Shown here one piece after another: positions 1 through 59,243 of a stretch of 64,000 bases of DNA; the first letter of the stretch is position 1; every line of letters begins with the position of its first letter. This DNA is from Paraspadella gotoi. Its lineage: Eukaryota; Animalia; Chaetognatha. The position numbers and the translations under genes are program-made. The stretch is from NCBI GenBank assembly GCA_051294375.1, contig CM119263.1:889756-953755 (forward strand), written 5' to 3'. Below the pieces are notes generated by a model that was not told the DNA's origin, did not search any database, and worked only from the letters and a program-made list of their open reading frames with translations.

Positions 1-638
1 GCTAAAGAGTGGTTACTTTTTTTGCGCCGCAGTGTACGTAATTGGTATTTTCATATCATTGCGCAATATATATTCTCATTGAAGGCTATTAGTTATTAAA
101 CAGTTTTGACTTTTATAATTGTTTTAGCTCGTGGTTCCTTTATTTATAAACACCCGTTTGTTTTTTGTTTTTTTTTACTGAATTAAAACTGACCTTCATT
201 GTTGACAAATTCGTATTCCGTCGACGACTGAAGCTCAACTTTCATTTCCATCTCGAAAAGAATTTAATTTTCCGCTTTTTTTCTATTTTTTTTTCGATAG
301 AAATAATTTTTTGTTTTGCTGAGAACCTAGAAGAAAAGATAAGAGACATAAAAATCAAATGGAAGGAAAAACCTTAAAAAATGACAAAATCCCTGCAGAA
401 GGACAACGACGATGCTCTTAAGGGGACAAGAATGAAAAAAAAAACCAGAATAAAACTGAGATGTTGTATTAAAAGGGACAAGAACGAGGAAAATGTTCGA
501 AATGCAAAAAAACTTTTGAGAAGGGAAACTACAAAGAAAAAGATAACAGGCGAAAATCTCGAAAACAAATGAAACGTTTTCGAACAAAAGAAAATATAAG
601 ATAATGATTTTCGGCCAGCGAAGAAAAAATAACGTATC

Positions 639-689
<51 letters not shown>

Positions 690-1001
690 CGATCTCTCAG
701 AAATGTAAGTTTCGAGGCAAAAGAGTTTTGAGATTAAGATTTCCAAGTCCAAAGGCAGAGAACATAGTCACTCTTAACCAGTCTAAGGAACAATTCATTT
801 TTTTAAACGAGAAGAATGAAAATAAGAAAAACAACAACAAAAAAAGTTTAAAAAAACTTTTAAAAGCGTAAAAATTTGCGGGTAAAAAATCTTTGACTTT
901 TCCGATCGAATTCGCGGTTTGAGATTTTTAATTCAGAATGAGAAAATGTGAAAAATAGATAGAAGCGAGAAAGACGACAAATACTTGGCATATTAAAATG
1001 A

Positions 1002-1058
<57 letters not shown>

Positions 1059-1552
1059 AGAACATTTTTGAGTCGAATGAAATAAATAGGAAAAGGGACA
1101 CATGAAATACGAAAAGAAAAAGAAAGCGCAAAAAAAAAAAAAAATTAATACAATGGAATATGCTTTTCTAACAGCGAAACGACATAAAAATGAAATTTTA
1201 AAAGCCCGTAATAATGAATAGTTAAAAACTTTGATAATTATATCGCTCAGTTTAAAAAATACAATGGTCATGGCATAGAAAATACTACTAAATATCATGC
1301 TTTGAGATATTAACGTTAACGGATAATAATTTGTTTACCAACAATAAACAACAAAAAAAGTTCGTGAAATATAAAAGGTGTGAGACAAGAGAACCTGTTA
1401 GAAGGATAACGAAAGGAAGGTTAACGATTGTCTTCTCGTGATGGCAGAGTCGTTGTTCCGAGTCGCATGACGTAGATTCGTCGCTTAGTTATTTTCTTTC
1501 TTTCTCTCTCTCTCCCTTCTTCCCATTGCGCCGTTGTCCTTCCCTTTTTCAA

Positions 1553-1677
<125 letters not shown>

Positions 1678-1712
1678 ACGAACAATCGCTCTCTTGTTAT
1701 ATCATCGTCTTT

Positions 1713-1744
<32 letters not shown>

Positions 1745-2542
1745 TCGCGCTTCTCAGCTTTTATCTCTGTCTGTTGTTCTCCCGCATTAGAGAATCGGCT
1801 TTTGTGCTGTTGTGTCGAAGCCCGTGTAGAAGGAAGAGAGAAAACTGAGAGAGCCGCGGCTTTGGTCGACGAGCGGACGAGCCAGGGATTTTCTTTGTCT
1901 TTAGTAAAGAGAAAATCTAAAAAGGAGAGCGAGGGCGATAGCCAACATCCTTTAAGGATAGAGCACAACAGAAAAAAATACGATAATGAAAGGGAATCGG
2001 GAAGTAAGAGAAACAGAGAGACATATATATATTTTGTAAGAGAGGGAGAGAGAGAGACAGAGAGAACAGAAAAAAAATGAAATATTCCCTATGAAAACGG
2101 AAACAAAGTTTTTTAGATTCAGAGGGTCATCCGTACTTTTTTAAAGAAAATGTTTAAAAAGCGGAACTTAAGTCATTGAAATATAAAGAATCAGCTATTG
2201 ATTTAAGGATTTGCTGAATGCTGCATTATGATTTTCTTGCCCTTCTTCATTTGAGTTTAAATCTATAAACTTTTCGCGTTACCGAAAAGTTTAATATGGT
2301 AAACATTTTACTGTTCACAAAAAACCTTTATACAAAACAATGACCTTTTTAGTCGACAGACGATATGACCTAAAAGAGAAGAGCCGGTTTTTTAAAAAAA
2401 TCGTTAAATTGAACTGTCTTTGTCGTCGTCGTCGTCGTCGTCGCCATCGTCGTGGTCTAGGTTTTCGTCGTTCACGTCAAGAATGTTATCGTCATTTAAA
2501 TAGATTTATTTATCGTTATATTGTTTTTTATTTCTTAAATCT

Positions 2543-2603
<61 letters not shown>

Positions 2604-3095
2604 TCTTAGGAGACTCCTTTTTAGCAGCGTTGTTCTGAAGTGTTTTTTCTTTGACACGGATTTTTCCTTTTGTTTCCTTTCGGTTCCATTTGAAACAACA
2701 AACAAAGGCTTAGATTTTCTCTGCACATCCGGCTTCAAAGAAAGAGATGCATTTTTCAAATTTCCGGGCAATGTGCATTTTTAAAATATATAATATATAA
2801 TCGGATAAACATAATTGATAAAGACGACTTTTGCGTCCAAATCTTTTTTATTTTCCTTTAACTCGTCAAAAAGCAGCAGGAAATCAGGAGCCGCGTCGGA
2901 GCCGCAGATTCCTGGAATGATCTCAAGACTTAGACTTTGAAAGATTAGACATTGAACAATGTCAGTTTAGACAAAAATCGTCGGATGACATTTGCATGGG
3001 GTTCTCTCTCTAACTCTCTTCTATTAATCAATCAATTTTCCAATCGAATATCTTATAAATTCGACCTAAAAATTTCACCGATAGATTTCTAGGAA

Positions 3096-4552
3096 ATGAT
3101 TTCCAGCGCCGAAAGCGAACGGCGTCACGCCGCTTCGCGCGGCGTCGTCTCCGATCGGCGCCATTCCAGCGGCGTCGCGGAGATGAACATTCGTCAGATC
3201 GAAATTCATATTTTCCCGCCAGATGTCTTGACTTTTCGATGCTCGTTAGACCAAGAGACAGGGTGCGCTTAATTAGTCGATTGATGATTTAACAATATAT
3301 CTTTTAAATTATTTCTCATCATCATTAGTCTAGTCAGTATGTTTGCATTTTTGTCTGTCTGTTTGACTTTTTTTTCAGTCTGCTTGTTTGCCCGCCTTTC
3401 TGTCTGTCTGTTTGTATATCTTCTGTCTGTTTTTATATATGTCTATCTGTCTGTCATTCTCTCTCTTGTCAATTGGGCGCCTGAACGCCTGTCAAGTCTT
3501 TTCTCTCCTAATAAAAGCCTGTCGCCTGACAGAGAACGACGCCTGGAATCTCGATTCGACATTTACAATCCGTCGACTCAACTTCTGGCCTTCAGGATTC
3601 GGATCAACTCCGCCGCGACGGAGAAATATTCCGTGAAGCCGAGGATCGGTGAAGATTAATTATTCAATTAATTGATTGATTGAATTATTTATTTATTATC
3701 AAGCCATGACCGGCGAAGCCGGTTTCAGGCTGATATTGATTCGGGTGAGCTTCTTTGTGACGTCGTCGTCGTCGTCGTCGGCCGTCACGCTGTTTTTTAC
3801 TATAAAAAGTACTACGCTTTTATAGGTTTGGCTGTGACTTACCGTTTTTTTTTTAATAAAATTATTTATAATTATGATAGAGTTTTCAAAAGTGTGCAAT
3901 CATAGTAAGTTAAAAATTTAGATATGGCTTCTCAATTTAAAATAGCTTTGATATTTTCTCATTACATTTGGATTTAAGTATTTTTTGTTTGAATTTCCAC
4001 TTCATTATGATTTACTGCAATATGCAAATGAGATTATAGTTCGATTATAATATCCAAATTAGTATATAGAAATGCTTTAAGCTAATTTACATATTGCAGT
4101 ATATATATATTGAAGATGAAATTCAAAAATTTTTTTTAAATTTCTAATAAAAATGGGAATCAAAGGTTTTTTAATGAGAAGCTATATCTTAATTTTAATA
4201 CAAATAAAAATAAAATCTTTTACAAGCTGCGATTGGAAAAAATTGGAAAGTTTTCAATTGTAAACCATTGTAACATTTTTTGCCTTTCTTTTATTTATTT
4301 TTTAATTATATATATTTTTTTTTAGGCGGTGCCTTTTCTGAATCGTTTAAAAACGAGTTCAGTTTCTCTCTGTCTCTCTTTGTGTGCGATCTCTTGCGTG
4401 ATCGTTCGTTTTTTGAAAATTCTGATTATTTTTTTTTCTTTCTAAAAACATATATATTTGATCAGGCGCGGCTTTTCTGAATCGTTTAAAAAAACGAAGT
4501 TCAGGCTCTCTCTCTCTCTCTCCCCTCCGTCTCCTCCGTCTCTCTCTCTTCT

Positions 4553-4586
<34 letters not shown>

Positions 4587-4980
4587 TTTTTTACAAAAAA
4601 AAAATTATTCACTTTGTTTACACACGTTTTTTGAAAAATTCTTATTATTTCTTTCCTTCTAAAAACTTTTATTATCGCCATTTATTCGCGCTTTTTTTCA
4701 ATACAAAATCCCAAATTTACATCTGAGATTTTCGTGGATTTTTTTGAGAAATGTAAGAATAACTTACTTGACCTGGATTTCGTGGCCGTTGCGGGGCAAC
4801 GAGTAAACAATGTCGAGGAACATGACCTAAATAACGCGTTTTGATGGCAACGGAAACGTTACGTGTATATAAAAATCAAACTTGACCGAGATCACGCCGA
4901 TATAAACAAGAGTGGACCTAATATTGCGTATCGTTGGCGGGGAAAACTTTCTCTCTTCTCTTCTCCTTCTCCTCTCTTCT

Positions 4981-5033
<53 letters not shown>

Positions 5034-6341
5034 TTTTTTACAAAAAAAATTTAAACTTGTAAACGAGTAAACGAGTTCCGGTCTCTCTCTCTCTCTCTTC
5101 TCTCTCTCTCTTCTCTCTATCTTTTCTCTTATTCTTCTCTCTCTCTCTTTCTCTCTTCTATTCATCTTTTTTTTTGTACAAAAATAATTTTTAGTCACCT
5201 TTTTTTCACCTCCGTCATTAAACGAGTTTCGGCTCTCTCTATCTTCTCTCTCTCTTTTTTTTTTTTACAAAAAAAAATTTTTAGTCACTTTTTTTTTCAC
5301 CAGGCGACGAGTAAACGAGTAAACGAGTTTCCGCTCTGTTCAGCTTTTTTCTCTCTCTCTCTCTCTCTCTCGTCTCTCTCTCTCTCTCTCTCTGTCCTCT
5401 CTCTCAATGTACGATCGTTCGTTTTTTGAAAAATTCTTATTATTTTTTCCTTCTAAAAACTTTTATTATCGGCATTTATTTTTTTTTTCTCTATACAAAA
5501 TACCAAATTTACATCCGAGATTTTCATGGATTCATTTTAGAAAAAAAATGCAGGCAATGTCACATGTACATCAGCTTGCTACTGTACATATAGCTTGCTA
5601 TATGTCCGGCAATTGCGCGGATTAATTTAATTACATATAATAACTTTCTAACAAAAAAATTTTTTTGTTTTTTGTTTATTACTGTAACTTTGGACCGGTC
5701 GGCCCACTATTGGCAAATTATATCTAAAATAGGAGTTGAGAAGAGAGATATTGTCAAATTAAACATTATTTTTTGTTATTCTAACAATTTTTAAAATTTT
5801 AAAAATTGTAAATTTTTTTTAGTGTATATATTTAATCATTTTTATTCTTTTTTAAAATAATAATTATTTGAGTTGGGATAATATTTATAATTAGTTAATA
5901 TGCAAATATGAAATTTGACCTCGGTTGGTTTCTTCTTAAAAAAAGAACAATCTAAAATTTCATTCAAGATTAAAACTTTTTAAGATGAGGACATAAATTT
6001 TTTTTAATAAGTAAAAAAAAATATTAGAAAGGAAAAGAGTTCGTCCCTACTCAGATAAGTCGAAAAACGAGTTCAGCTCTGCAGGGCGGTCCAGCTTCTC
6101 TCTATTTCTCTCTCTATCTCTCTCTCTCTCTCTCTCATCTCTCTCTCTTCTCTCTCTCTTTTTTTCTTTCTATTTATTCCGCCATTTATTCCGCGCTTTT
6201 TTCTCAATACAAAATCCCAAATTTACATCCGAGATTTTCGTGAATTTTTTTTTCTAAAAATTTTGATTATTCTTTATATAAACGAGAGTGAAAACTGACC
6301 AGCCTCTCTCACTTTTTCTCTCTCTCTCTTTCTCTTTCTCT

Positions 6342-6387
<46 letters not shown>

Positions 6388-6715
6388 TTCATTCATTACA
6401 CGCATTTGTTTGTTTTATTTACGATGAATGACTCATCGCGTCAATGAATGACTATCATCGCATCAATGAATGATTATCATCATATCAATGAATGATTTCA
6501 TCACATCAATGAATGACTATCATCGCATCAATCATTTGATTATCATCACATCAGTTATTTTATTATCTTCGCATCAATTATTGGTTATCATCGCATCAAT
6601 ATTTAGTTATCATCGCATTAATATTTGGTTACCATCGAAAGCTGGCTCGATCCCTATTGCTTTTAAGATTTTTCCCTAAAAATTCTGATTGCGTTTCGTT
6701 GGCGGGAAAACTGTC

Positions 6716-6802
<87 letters not shown>

Positions 6803-6919
6803 ACTCAATACACGCATTTGTTTGTTTTATTTACATGAATGAATGACTATCATCGCATCAATGAATGACTATCATCATGGTTTGATCCTTATGCTTTTAT
6901 TATTTTTTATATTATTTAT

Positions 6920-6987
<68 letters not shown>

Positions 6988-7005
6988 TTTGTTTGTTTGT
7001 TTTGT

Positions 7006-7044
<39 letters not shown>

Positions 7045-7090
7045 TTATTTATTTATTTATTTATTTGTTTATTTTGTTTTGTAATTTTTT

Positions 7091-7126
<36 letters not shown>

Positions 7127-7159
7127 TTTTTTTAAATTTTTTATTTATTTATTTAATTT

Positions 7160-7223
<64 letters not shown>

Positions 7224-8967
7224 TCATTCATTCTTTTCTTTTCTTTTCTTTTCTTTTCTTTTCTTTTCTTTTCTTTTCTTTTCTTTTCTTTTCAATTCAA
7301 ATACAGTCAGTCCTCTCCCTCAACCCAAGGCGTTATGAAACCCGAGGGAGAGGGGGAAATCGTAATCCTTCACCGTGACGTCTGCCCGCGATCGAACGAC
7401 GAAGCGGAGGTTTGGTCAGGAGTCGGGACTCGGTATCAAACGATATCTCCTGTACGACCGATTAAAAGATGGTCTTCACTGTATCTGAATGATTTGGATT
7501 TGACTAGAAAGTTTATTTTTTGTATGAAATGTACTTAGTAGGTATAAAAATTTAAATATTTGTTATTTGCATTTTGCAGATTAACGAATTTTCTTTCTCG
7601 TTTGCAATTGTTTTCTTAATATCATAAAGCAGTATGAAATTATACTTAGAGTTCAACGCACTGGCGCAGGATTTGACTCAGTTTGACCATGTCAATTGTC
7701 AATTGTCAATGTATGACTCGAAAAGAATCGGAAGTTAAGCGACCGATCGAACCGCAGAAATTAAACCACAAACTCTCGATCTTTCGATAGGCGTGGCTCC
7801 GTCACGAATCGCTTCGAATGTCCGGCGAAGACTTGGGTCCCACCGAGATGTCCGCTTCTAAGGCTTCCGCTTCTAAAGCGTCCGCTTCCAAGGCTCCCCT
7901 CTCTCAGCCTCCGTCCGGTGACTCCTTCATGATCTGTTGGGCGCCGATCGGATCGTTGCCAAGGAGCGAGACGGACGCGGCCGAATACTGGAGGAAGGTG
8001 CCCAAGCAGATCGTCAAAAGTCGGATTTTGAAGGTGTTGGACATTTGATTCTCCTTCTTGTCATTTGTCAGTTCACGCATTTCTCATCTCATTCACCGCG
8101 ATCTTTCACATCCTTCACTGTAGTTTTTTTCATCACGATTCATAAACAATCATTTGTTTCCTTCCTCCTCATCTAATCTGATTCTTATCTTCCCCCGCGA
8201 CTTTTTTCATCTTCTTCCCCGTCAACTCTCGTCTCTGATCATCAATCATCATCATCATCATCATCATCATCATGTCATCATTCATTCATCCTCATCATCA
8301 TCACCATCATGATCATATCATCATCATCATTCATCAATGATCATCATCATCATCATCTTCATCATCATCATCATCATCTGTCATCTTCCGCCAGTGCCGC
8401 CTGGACGTTGAATACTTCTCCGCCGCCGCCACCTTCGTCGGCGAAACTCCTTTTCTTCCTCGACAACGAGAAACAACGACGATGAGCGACAACAACAACA
8501 ACAACAATAAAATGGCGGACATTCGTTCTCGATATCGGAACCGTAACGAGGCTATGGTTAGTCTCGTTCTCGAATTATTCCTAATCGTTATTTTCGTATT
8601 GCATTATTTTGCCTATCTTATTTAGAAAAATTTTTATCACTTAAATCAAGAACTAGAGATATCTTTAAAAATAATCTGCCATTCTTTTTTTTCGGACATT
8701 GGTCTGGTAATTTAAATAATTTGGGTTTTGATCATAAATGTTTTTAAATCTCGTTTAAGGAATTTCCGGAAACTGAGACGAAAGGAGGAAGGGGAGACGA
8801 AAGCTTTGGGAGGAGAAGAGGAGAGGAGGGGGAGGAGGAGGAAGAGGAGGAGGAGCAAAGATTCATTCGAAAAATCGGAGATTCGAGCGAAAATTGTGAA
8901 TATTACGATCTGGATGAAGATTCGCAAGTGAGGGGAAAGTAGGTTAGGAGAGAGAGAGGAGAGAGAT

Positions 8968-9038
<71 letters not shown>

Positions 9039-9113
9039 AGTGAGATAGAGCTCAACGTCAAGTGTCAATTTTCCATTCAGGCGAAGTCAGAGAGAGAGAG
9101 AGAGAGATGAGAG

Positions 9114-9147
<34 letters not shown>

Positions 9148-11690
9148 CGCTCAACGTCAAGTGACTCCTTTTCCATTCAGTCGAAGTCAATTTGCTTCAA
9201 AACTGGCGACCGGAATTTCGTTGATTTCTCCGATTGTCAAGCGGACTATCGATCTCTCTCTGCCGAAGGGTTTGTCTTTTGTTTATTAATAATCCTCCAA
9301 ACTATAATATAAAAACATTAAAAAATTTAAAAAATTAGAGTGGCAAGAATTCTTTTTATCGGGTCATTGACTATTATAGTAGAAACAAAGTGGATTATCT
9401 TATTATAATATTACCACATTGATTGTAATTTTAAAAATTTTCATTAATTGACTAACGTTCACTATTTTCCAAGAGATGTCAGCACGTGGGCTAATTCTTT
9501 TCATTTTTAACAGAGACGCGATAAACAAAAGACGCGGTCGCGAGTTACCCGGTCAGATCTTCGTTTTAAGCGTCAGGCTTAGATAAATAATATTTAATTT
9601 CACATTAAAAAACAAATAATTACAAAACAAAAAAGAAAATTACAAAAAATTCTTAACTTTTGATCAATTTCCTAATTTTTGTCCAGCTCGTCTCGGATCT
9701 CCGAGCTACACCGTTCTCAATTCGGTCAACCCCAACGCGCCCGCCATTTCGTCGCCGGGGACGCCGCTGACGCCGCGCTCTTCAAGATGGCGCCGCGGAA
9801 TCCTCGTCGTCGTCGTAGCAGGCGCCATCGCCGTCGCCGCCTGTTGGACGTTGTTCCTTCGCCTGGAAGCGCAAGAACCGCCTGAACAAACTTTTTTCCA
9901 TTGGATAACGAAACAGGAAAAGACGATCCTAATGGTGAAAATAATATGTATAATATTAACATTAGAAATATTATATAACACCGAAATTAAAATGCTTGTA
10001 AAGAAGACAAAAGTTTATAGGAAAAGTTGATGACATGAATTGAAAATTAAAAAAAATAAAAATTCTTCTTTACATAATCTTTTTTGGGCTCTCTTTTCCG
10101 AAAGTGCCCTTTTTCTGTTCCTTTATCTCAGAACTTAATTTTAATCTTAATATTAAACCTAGATATATTTTTAAACTCATAAACCATTTCCTATTTATAT
10201 TTTTTAACTTAACTTAACCCTAAATTTATAAGCCAAACATTTAACCATAAAGCCTTACACAAATCCCTAACCCTAATCACTACCCAAAACCTTAACCCTA
10301 ATCATAAACTAAATCTCTAATCCTTAACAGCATCACCAACTAAATCTCTAACTTTAATTACTAATCTAATTCCTAACCTAATTCTTATCCCTAACTTTTA
10401 ACTTAATATTTATTAAAAAAAAATAATTTGATTCAAAATTTAAGATGAAATGGGTAGTTCTGGGAAAATAAGCCTCTTTTTATTAAACATATTCACTCTG
10501 TTAGGGACCAACTCCAGAGATAATATAAAATTTCGACTATTAGCAAAGTACTTTTAGTTGTCTTGACTAAATATTTAAACAATCATTTTCAAAAAAAAAT
10601 TTATATTATACGTCTTGATTAATACATTAAATATTACTTGTCTTTTTTAATATTATAAAAATTTTTTTTAGAAATCTTAAAATTTTTTGATGGATTCTGA
10701 TAGAGCATTAAAAGTTAAATAAGAAATATAATTACAGCTTTTAAAAATTCTTACGTTTTCTATGTGAAAAAATAAAAAAACTGATAAAATCATCAAAAGA
10801 TGATGATGATGATGATTTTTTACGGTTTTTCTTATTTTTGACTCACTTATCATGAAAATATTTAAAAAAAAGTTATACTTTGTGTCGACAACTTTTTATG
10901 AGCTATCTGAATCTGGTCTTAAAATTTAAAAATTATCAAAAAAAATTTGGCCTTTCCTATTTATAAATAAATATTAAAAAATTAATTATTTGGGTATAGA
11001 GCCACATAAGAAATGTTTTGTCCATTGAAAGTATACTTAAAAATGTATAAATTTTCGTTTGAGCATATAATCATTCTAAATTTTTGATTCACTCCATTGA
11101 GTTGGGTTACCCCTAACTCTGTACCTATTACAACATTAACCTTTTGTTTTTTCTAGACTTCAGAAGAAACGTCAAAGGAAACAATAAGCGAAACATTTCA
11201 GGAAACATACGACGTCGTTCTCAAATTTTTCGGGTGACGAAATAATTTATTTTCTTGATTATTTCTTAATTTTTTTGGGTGACGAAATACTTTATTTTCT
11301 TGATTATTTCTTAATTTTTTTGGGTGACGAAATACTGTATTTTCTTGATTATTTCTTAATTTTTTTGGGTGACGAAATACTTTATTTTCTTGATTATTTC
11401 TTAATTTTTTTGGGTGACGAAATACTTTATTTTCTTGTTTAGTTTCTTTGATATAATATTTCCAATTTTTGGCGGATATGCGAAAAAAATAGTGATATGA
11501 TGATGCTGATGATGATAATAATGATGATTTATACTATTTGAAACAGATATAATTAAAATGTCCTATATGATTTAAATGATAAAAATGTCTCAGGTGGATC
11601 TGGGAAATTTTAGAAAAGGAGATTCTGCCTCATTCGGTCGCCGAACATGGAGATTGGTCGAGGATGATCAAACTGCAAGAGACAAATTGA
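3096..11690 (+). CDS. MSP (major sperm protein)-domain, VAP/MOSPD2-like membrane protein, ~494 aa. Exons: 3096-3262, 3533-3648, 7330-7409, 7791-8033, 8395-8556, 8760-8927, 9181-9269, 9514-9551, 9687-9934, 11157-11233, 11594-11690
   Basis: All introns are GT..AG with consistent phases (1485 nt total). Translation IHIFPPDVLTFRC…ETGERR…IYNPSTQLLAFRIRINSAATEKYSVKPRIGVMKPEGEGEIVIL…DSFMICWAP…AAEYWRKVPKQIVKSRILKCRL matches the MSP-domain pattern. There is one hydrophobic helix (GILVVVVAGAIAVAACWTLFL) in exon 9 and AATAAA at 11795. Further 5' exons are possible (acceptor TTTCTAG at 3086-3092). Confidence 0.82.
4330..6400. repeat. Complex dispersed/tandem repeat with (CT)n cores in MSP intron 2
   Basis: Blocks AACGAGTT, GATCGTTCGTTTTTTGAAAA and TACAAAATCCCAAATTTACATC(C/T)GAGATTTTC recur near 4700, 5495 and 6208. 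Confidence 0.7.
10087..10474. mobile_element. Same MITE-like family
   Basis: GGCTCTCTTTTCCGAAAGTGCCC…(CCCTAA/CCTTAA)n…GGGAAAATAAGCC. Confidence 0.6.
11225..11440 (+). repeat. 5 x ~44-bp tandem repeat starting at the exon-10 donor of the MSP gene
   Basis: TTTTTGG|GTGACGAAATACTTTATTTTCTTGATTATTTCTTAATT repeated. Confidence 0.9.
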
Positions 11691-12936
11691 CTAAAGATAG
11701 ATATTTATAAGCCTGATGCACTTTTTAATTTGGTTTGTTTAACAGAAAAAAAAAAGATAAAATTCAATACTTTCTTATTTTTTTTATTTGACAGAATAAA
11801 AAATATGACAAAGAGGAAAGGTGTAGCTATGTAAATCATTTGGGCAAATATCAGCATCATCATTTTAGCTTTAGCTTTTGTGAATAAGAGAGAACTATGG
11901 AGTTCTCACCAAAAAAATTAAACACATCATTAAAAGAGTTTGTATTTATTTTGTATATTATATATCAAACTGCGAAATATGAGTCTACGTGAATCATTCC
12001 AATTATACTTGAGTGGGCAACTAACATAGTCATAAAAGACCGAAGTTATCACAGATTTTAGAGGTGGATGCAATTTGGTTCTACATCTTTGAAAAATGCA
12101 AAGGAAAAAAAAAAGGAAAACGGAGTGAGCACATTGTCCTGTTATGGTGTATCTATTGAAAAATTATTAATTTTAAAATGAATAATGGGTGAAGAGAGTC
12201 ATGTCTAAAACTTGCGTTTATATTATGTATGAGTTGCATAGCCAAATATTATCTGGATGCTTTTTATGAATATCAATATATTTCTTTTTGTCTTTTAAAA
12301 CTTTGATAAAGAAAAAATTAACGTATGCGAGCGACTTTTTAGATCAGTTTATGAAAATAATTATGTGAATAACTCAAGTCAAGAATAAACAAACCATTGT
12401 TCTTTACAAAAGATACGTCTAAATTTTAAATAAATATTATATCAAATATTCCGAATCTAATGGCGGGTAAAAATATATTAAAAAAAAACTATTTAATAAT
12501 AAATAATAATAAATCGACGAAAAAAGGAAGGAAATAGTTTGTTTTTTTAAAGTGAATTTCTCGAAATAAAAAAAAAAAACATCATTTCATCTTTGGGGAT
12601 CAAATATGGATGTCAATGGCGGGAAAAAATAGGGAAGTGGCGGGAAAAATTAAACAACAAAACGTAGCATAGCTTGCGTAGTTAATTTGCATCACGGTGT
12701 TTCTCCCAATTAACGCCAACAATAAACGCTTATAGTTTTCAGTTTTGTTTTTTTGTTTTGTTTTTTTGTTTTCCAAGTTTTCCTCTTATTGAATTCGCGG
12801 CCAGACTTCGCGATCGAAGTCTTTTGTTTCTGTTTTAACGATGATTCGATCATCACGCCCTCCTGCGGTTTATGTGAACTGAATTTCGCTTTCGGTTGCG
12901 TCAAACTGTTCCAACGCCGCCTGTCGACGTCGGCCG

Positions 12937-57696
<44,760 letters not shown>

Positions 57697-57982
57697 CTGA
57701 CAAACGTCGTTAGAAGCCCCGGGATCAGAATTATATAGCCAAATATAGAGAGAAAAAGAGAGAGAGAGAGGGAGAACTAGAGAATGTTAAGCTGATACAG
57801 GGAGAGAGAGAGAGAGAGAGTGAGACAGAGAAAGATCAGGACGAACGCGGGAAATTTAAAACAAATTAATCCAAAGTAGTTGAAAAAAAAAATTAGAAAA
57901 AGAGAAAAACACGTTTCGTTTTCTACTGGAACTGGATTGTTGATTGATTTTTTATTTGTTTTCATTTTTTGTTTATTTATTT

Positions 57983-58068
<86 letters not shown>

Positions 58069-58759
58069 CCGGGTGTCAGTGCTCATGGACGGGGAAATAT
58101 GTGGGCAATAGGCGCTTGGACGGCGAAAGGGGGATGTGGCGCTTAGCTGAAGTCATTTTTGGTTCGAAGGGAACGAATTGTGAAGAGCATGGAAATGTTT
58201 TGAAAAAATGGAATGAGTTTAAACAGTGAAAGGAAATATATGAATGTGAAGTGTAAAAGTTGAGCTGTGAAGGGAAGGATGTTATAGCTCTAAAGAGTCT
58301 TAGGGTAAGGTAAGGGTGAGGCGTTGAGACAGTATTTATGTGAAGGAGATTAAAGTAAGGTTCGCTTAAAGAGATGATTGGGTCAAGTGGGAGAAAAACT
58401 GGGGAAGAAGTATCTGTGTGACAGATATCTATGATAATCTATGATAAATTAGGAATTTAGTTCGTGAAATGAAATGGATTTAAGGATGTGAATTTGATTT
58501 AAAAGTGAAATAAAGAGAAAGAGGAGACAAAGAAAAAAAAGGAAAGAAACGTGATTAAATTGGTGGAGCGAAAAGAAAATCGGACATTTTGAAGATTTGA
58601 GCGAAGGAGAAAAAGGTGTTTGACTTTTTGAGAATGGACCAATCGTGAAAAAAGGGGATCACGAGCTGACGAGACGAAATTGGGTCTGGCGTGAGATCCG
58701 GTGAGGAAGTGGAAGCAAAGGAATGGGCTCAGAGACCGAAGCAGTCTGGAGAGATTATA

Positions 58760-59243
58760 CGGCCTTATTTTCTCAAAGCGTCCCATTTCATCTCAAATTC
58801 GAAATTAAGTTTTTATGTTTGAAGAAAAGGTTAAAAGTTTGGGATAAAGATTTTGTTATGGATTAGTTTAAGGATTAAGGTTAAAAATTAGGTTAGTAAT
58901 TAAGGTTAGTTAATAAGGTTTAGGGTTAAATATTAGTTCTTTGGGTTAAGAATTAAGGTTAAAAATTAATTAAAGGTTAAAATGGCTAAGGGTTAAGAAT
59001 TGGGGTTAAGGATTAGTTTAAAAATTAAGGTTATGAATTAGGTTAATAATTAGGGTAAGGGATTATTTTTTAGGGTTGAAGATTAGGTATGAAAGTTTAG
59101 GGTTAGGGTTGAAGATTAAGTATGAGAGTTTAGGGTTAGGGTTGAAGATTAGGTTAAGATTAGGGTTATAAATTTTATAATAGATTAAAATAAATTTAGG
59201 GATAAGAAAAACAGAAATGGGGCGCTTTGGTAAAAGAGAGCGG
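58760..59243. mobile_element. MITE-like element with ~30-bp imperfect TIRs and an internal degenerate TTAGGG-like tract
   Basis: Left CGGCCTTATTTTCTCAAAGCGTCCCATTTC vs reverse complement of the right end CCGCTCTCTTTTACCAAAGCGCCCCATTTC; interior rich in TTAGGG/TTAAGG. Confidence 0.68.
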
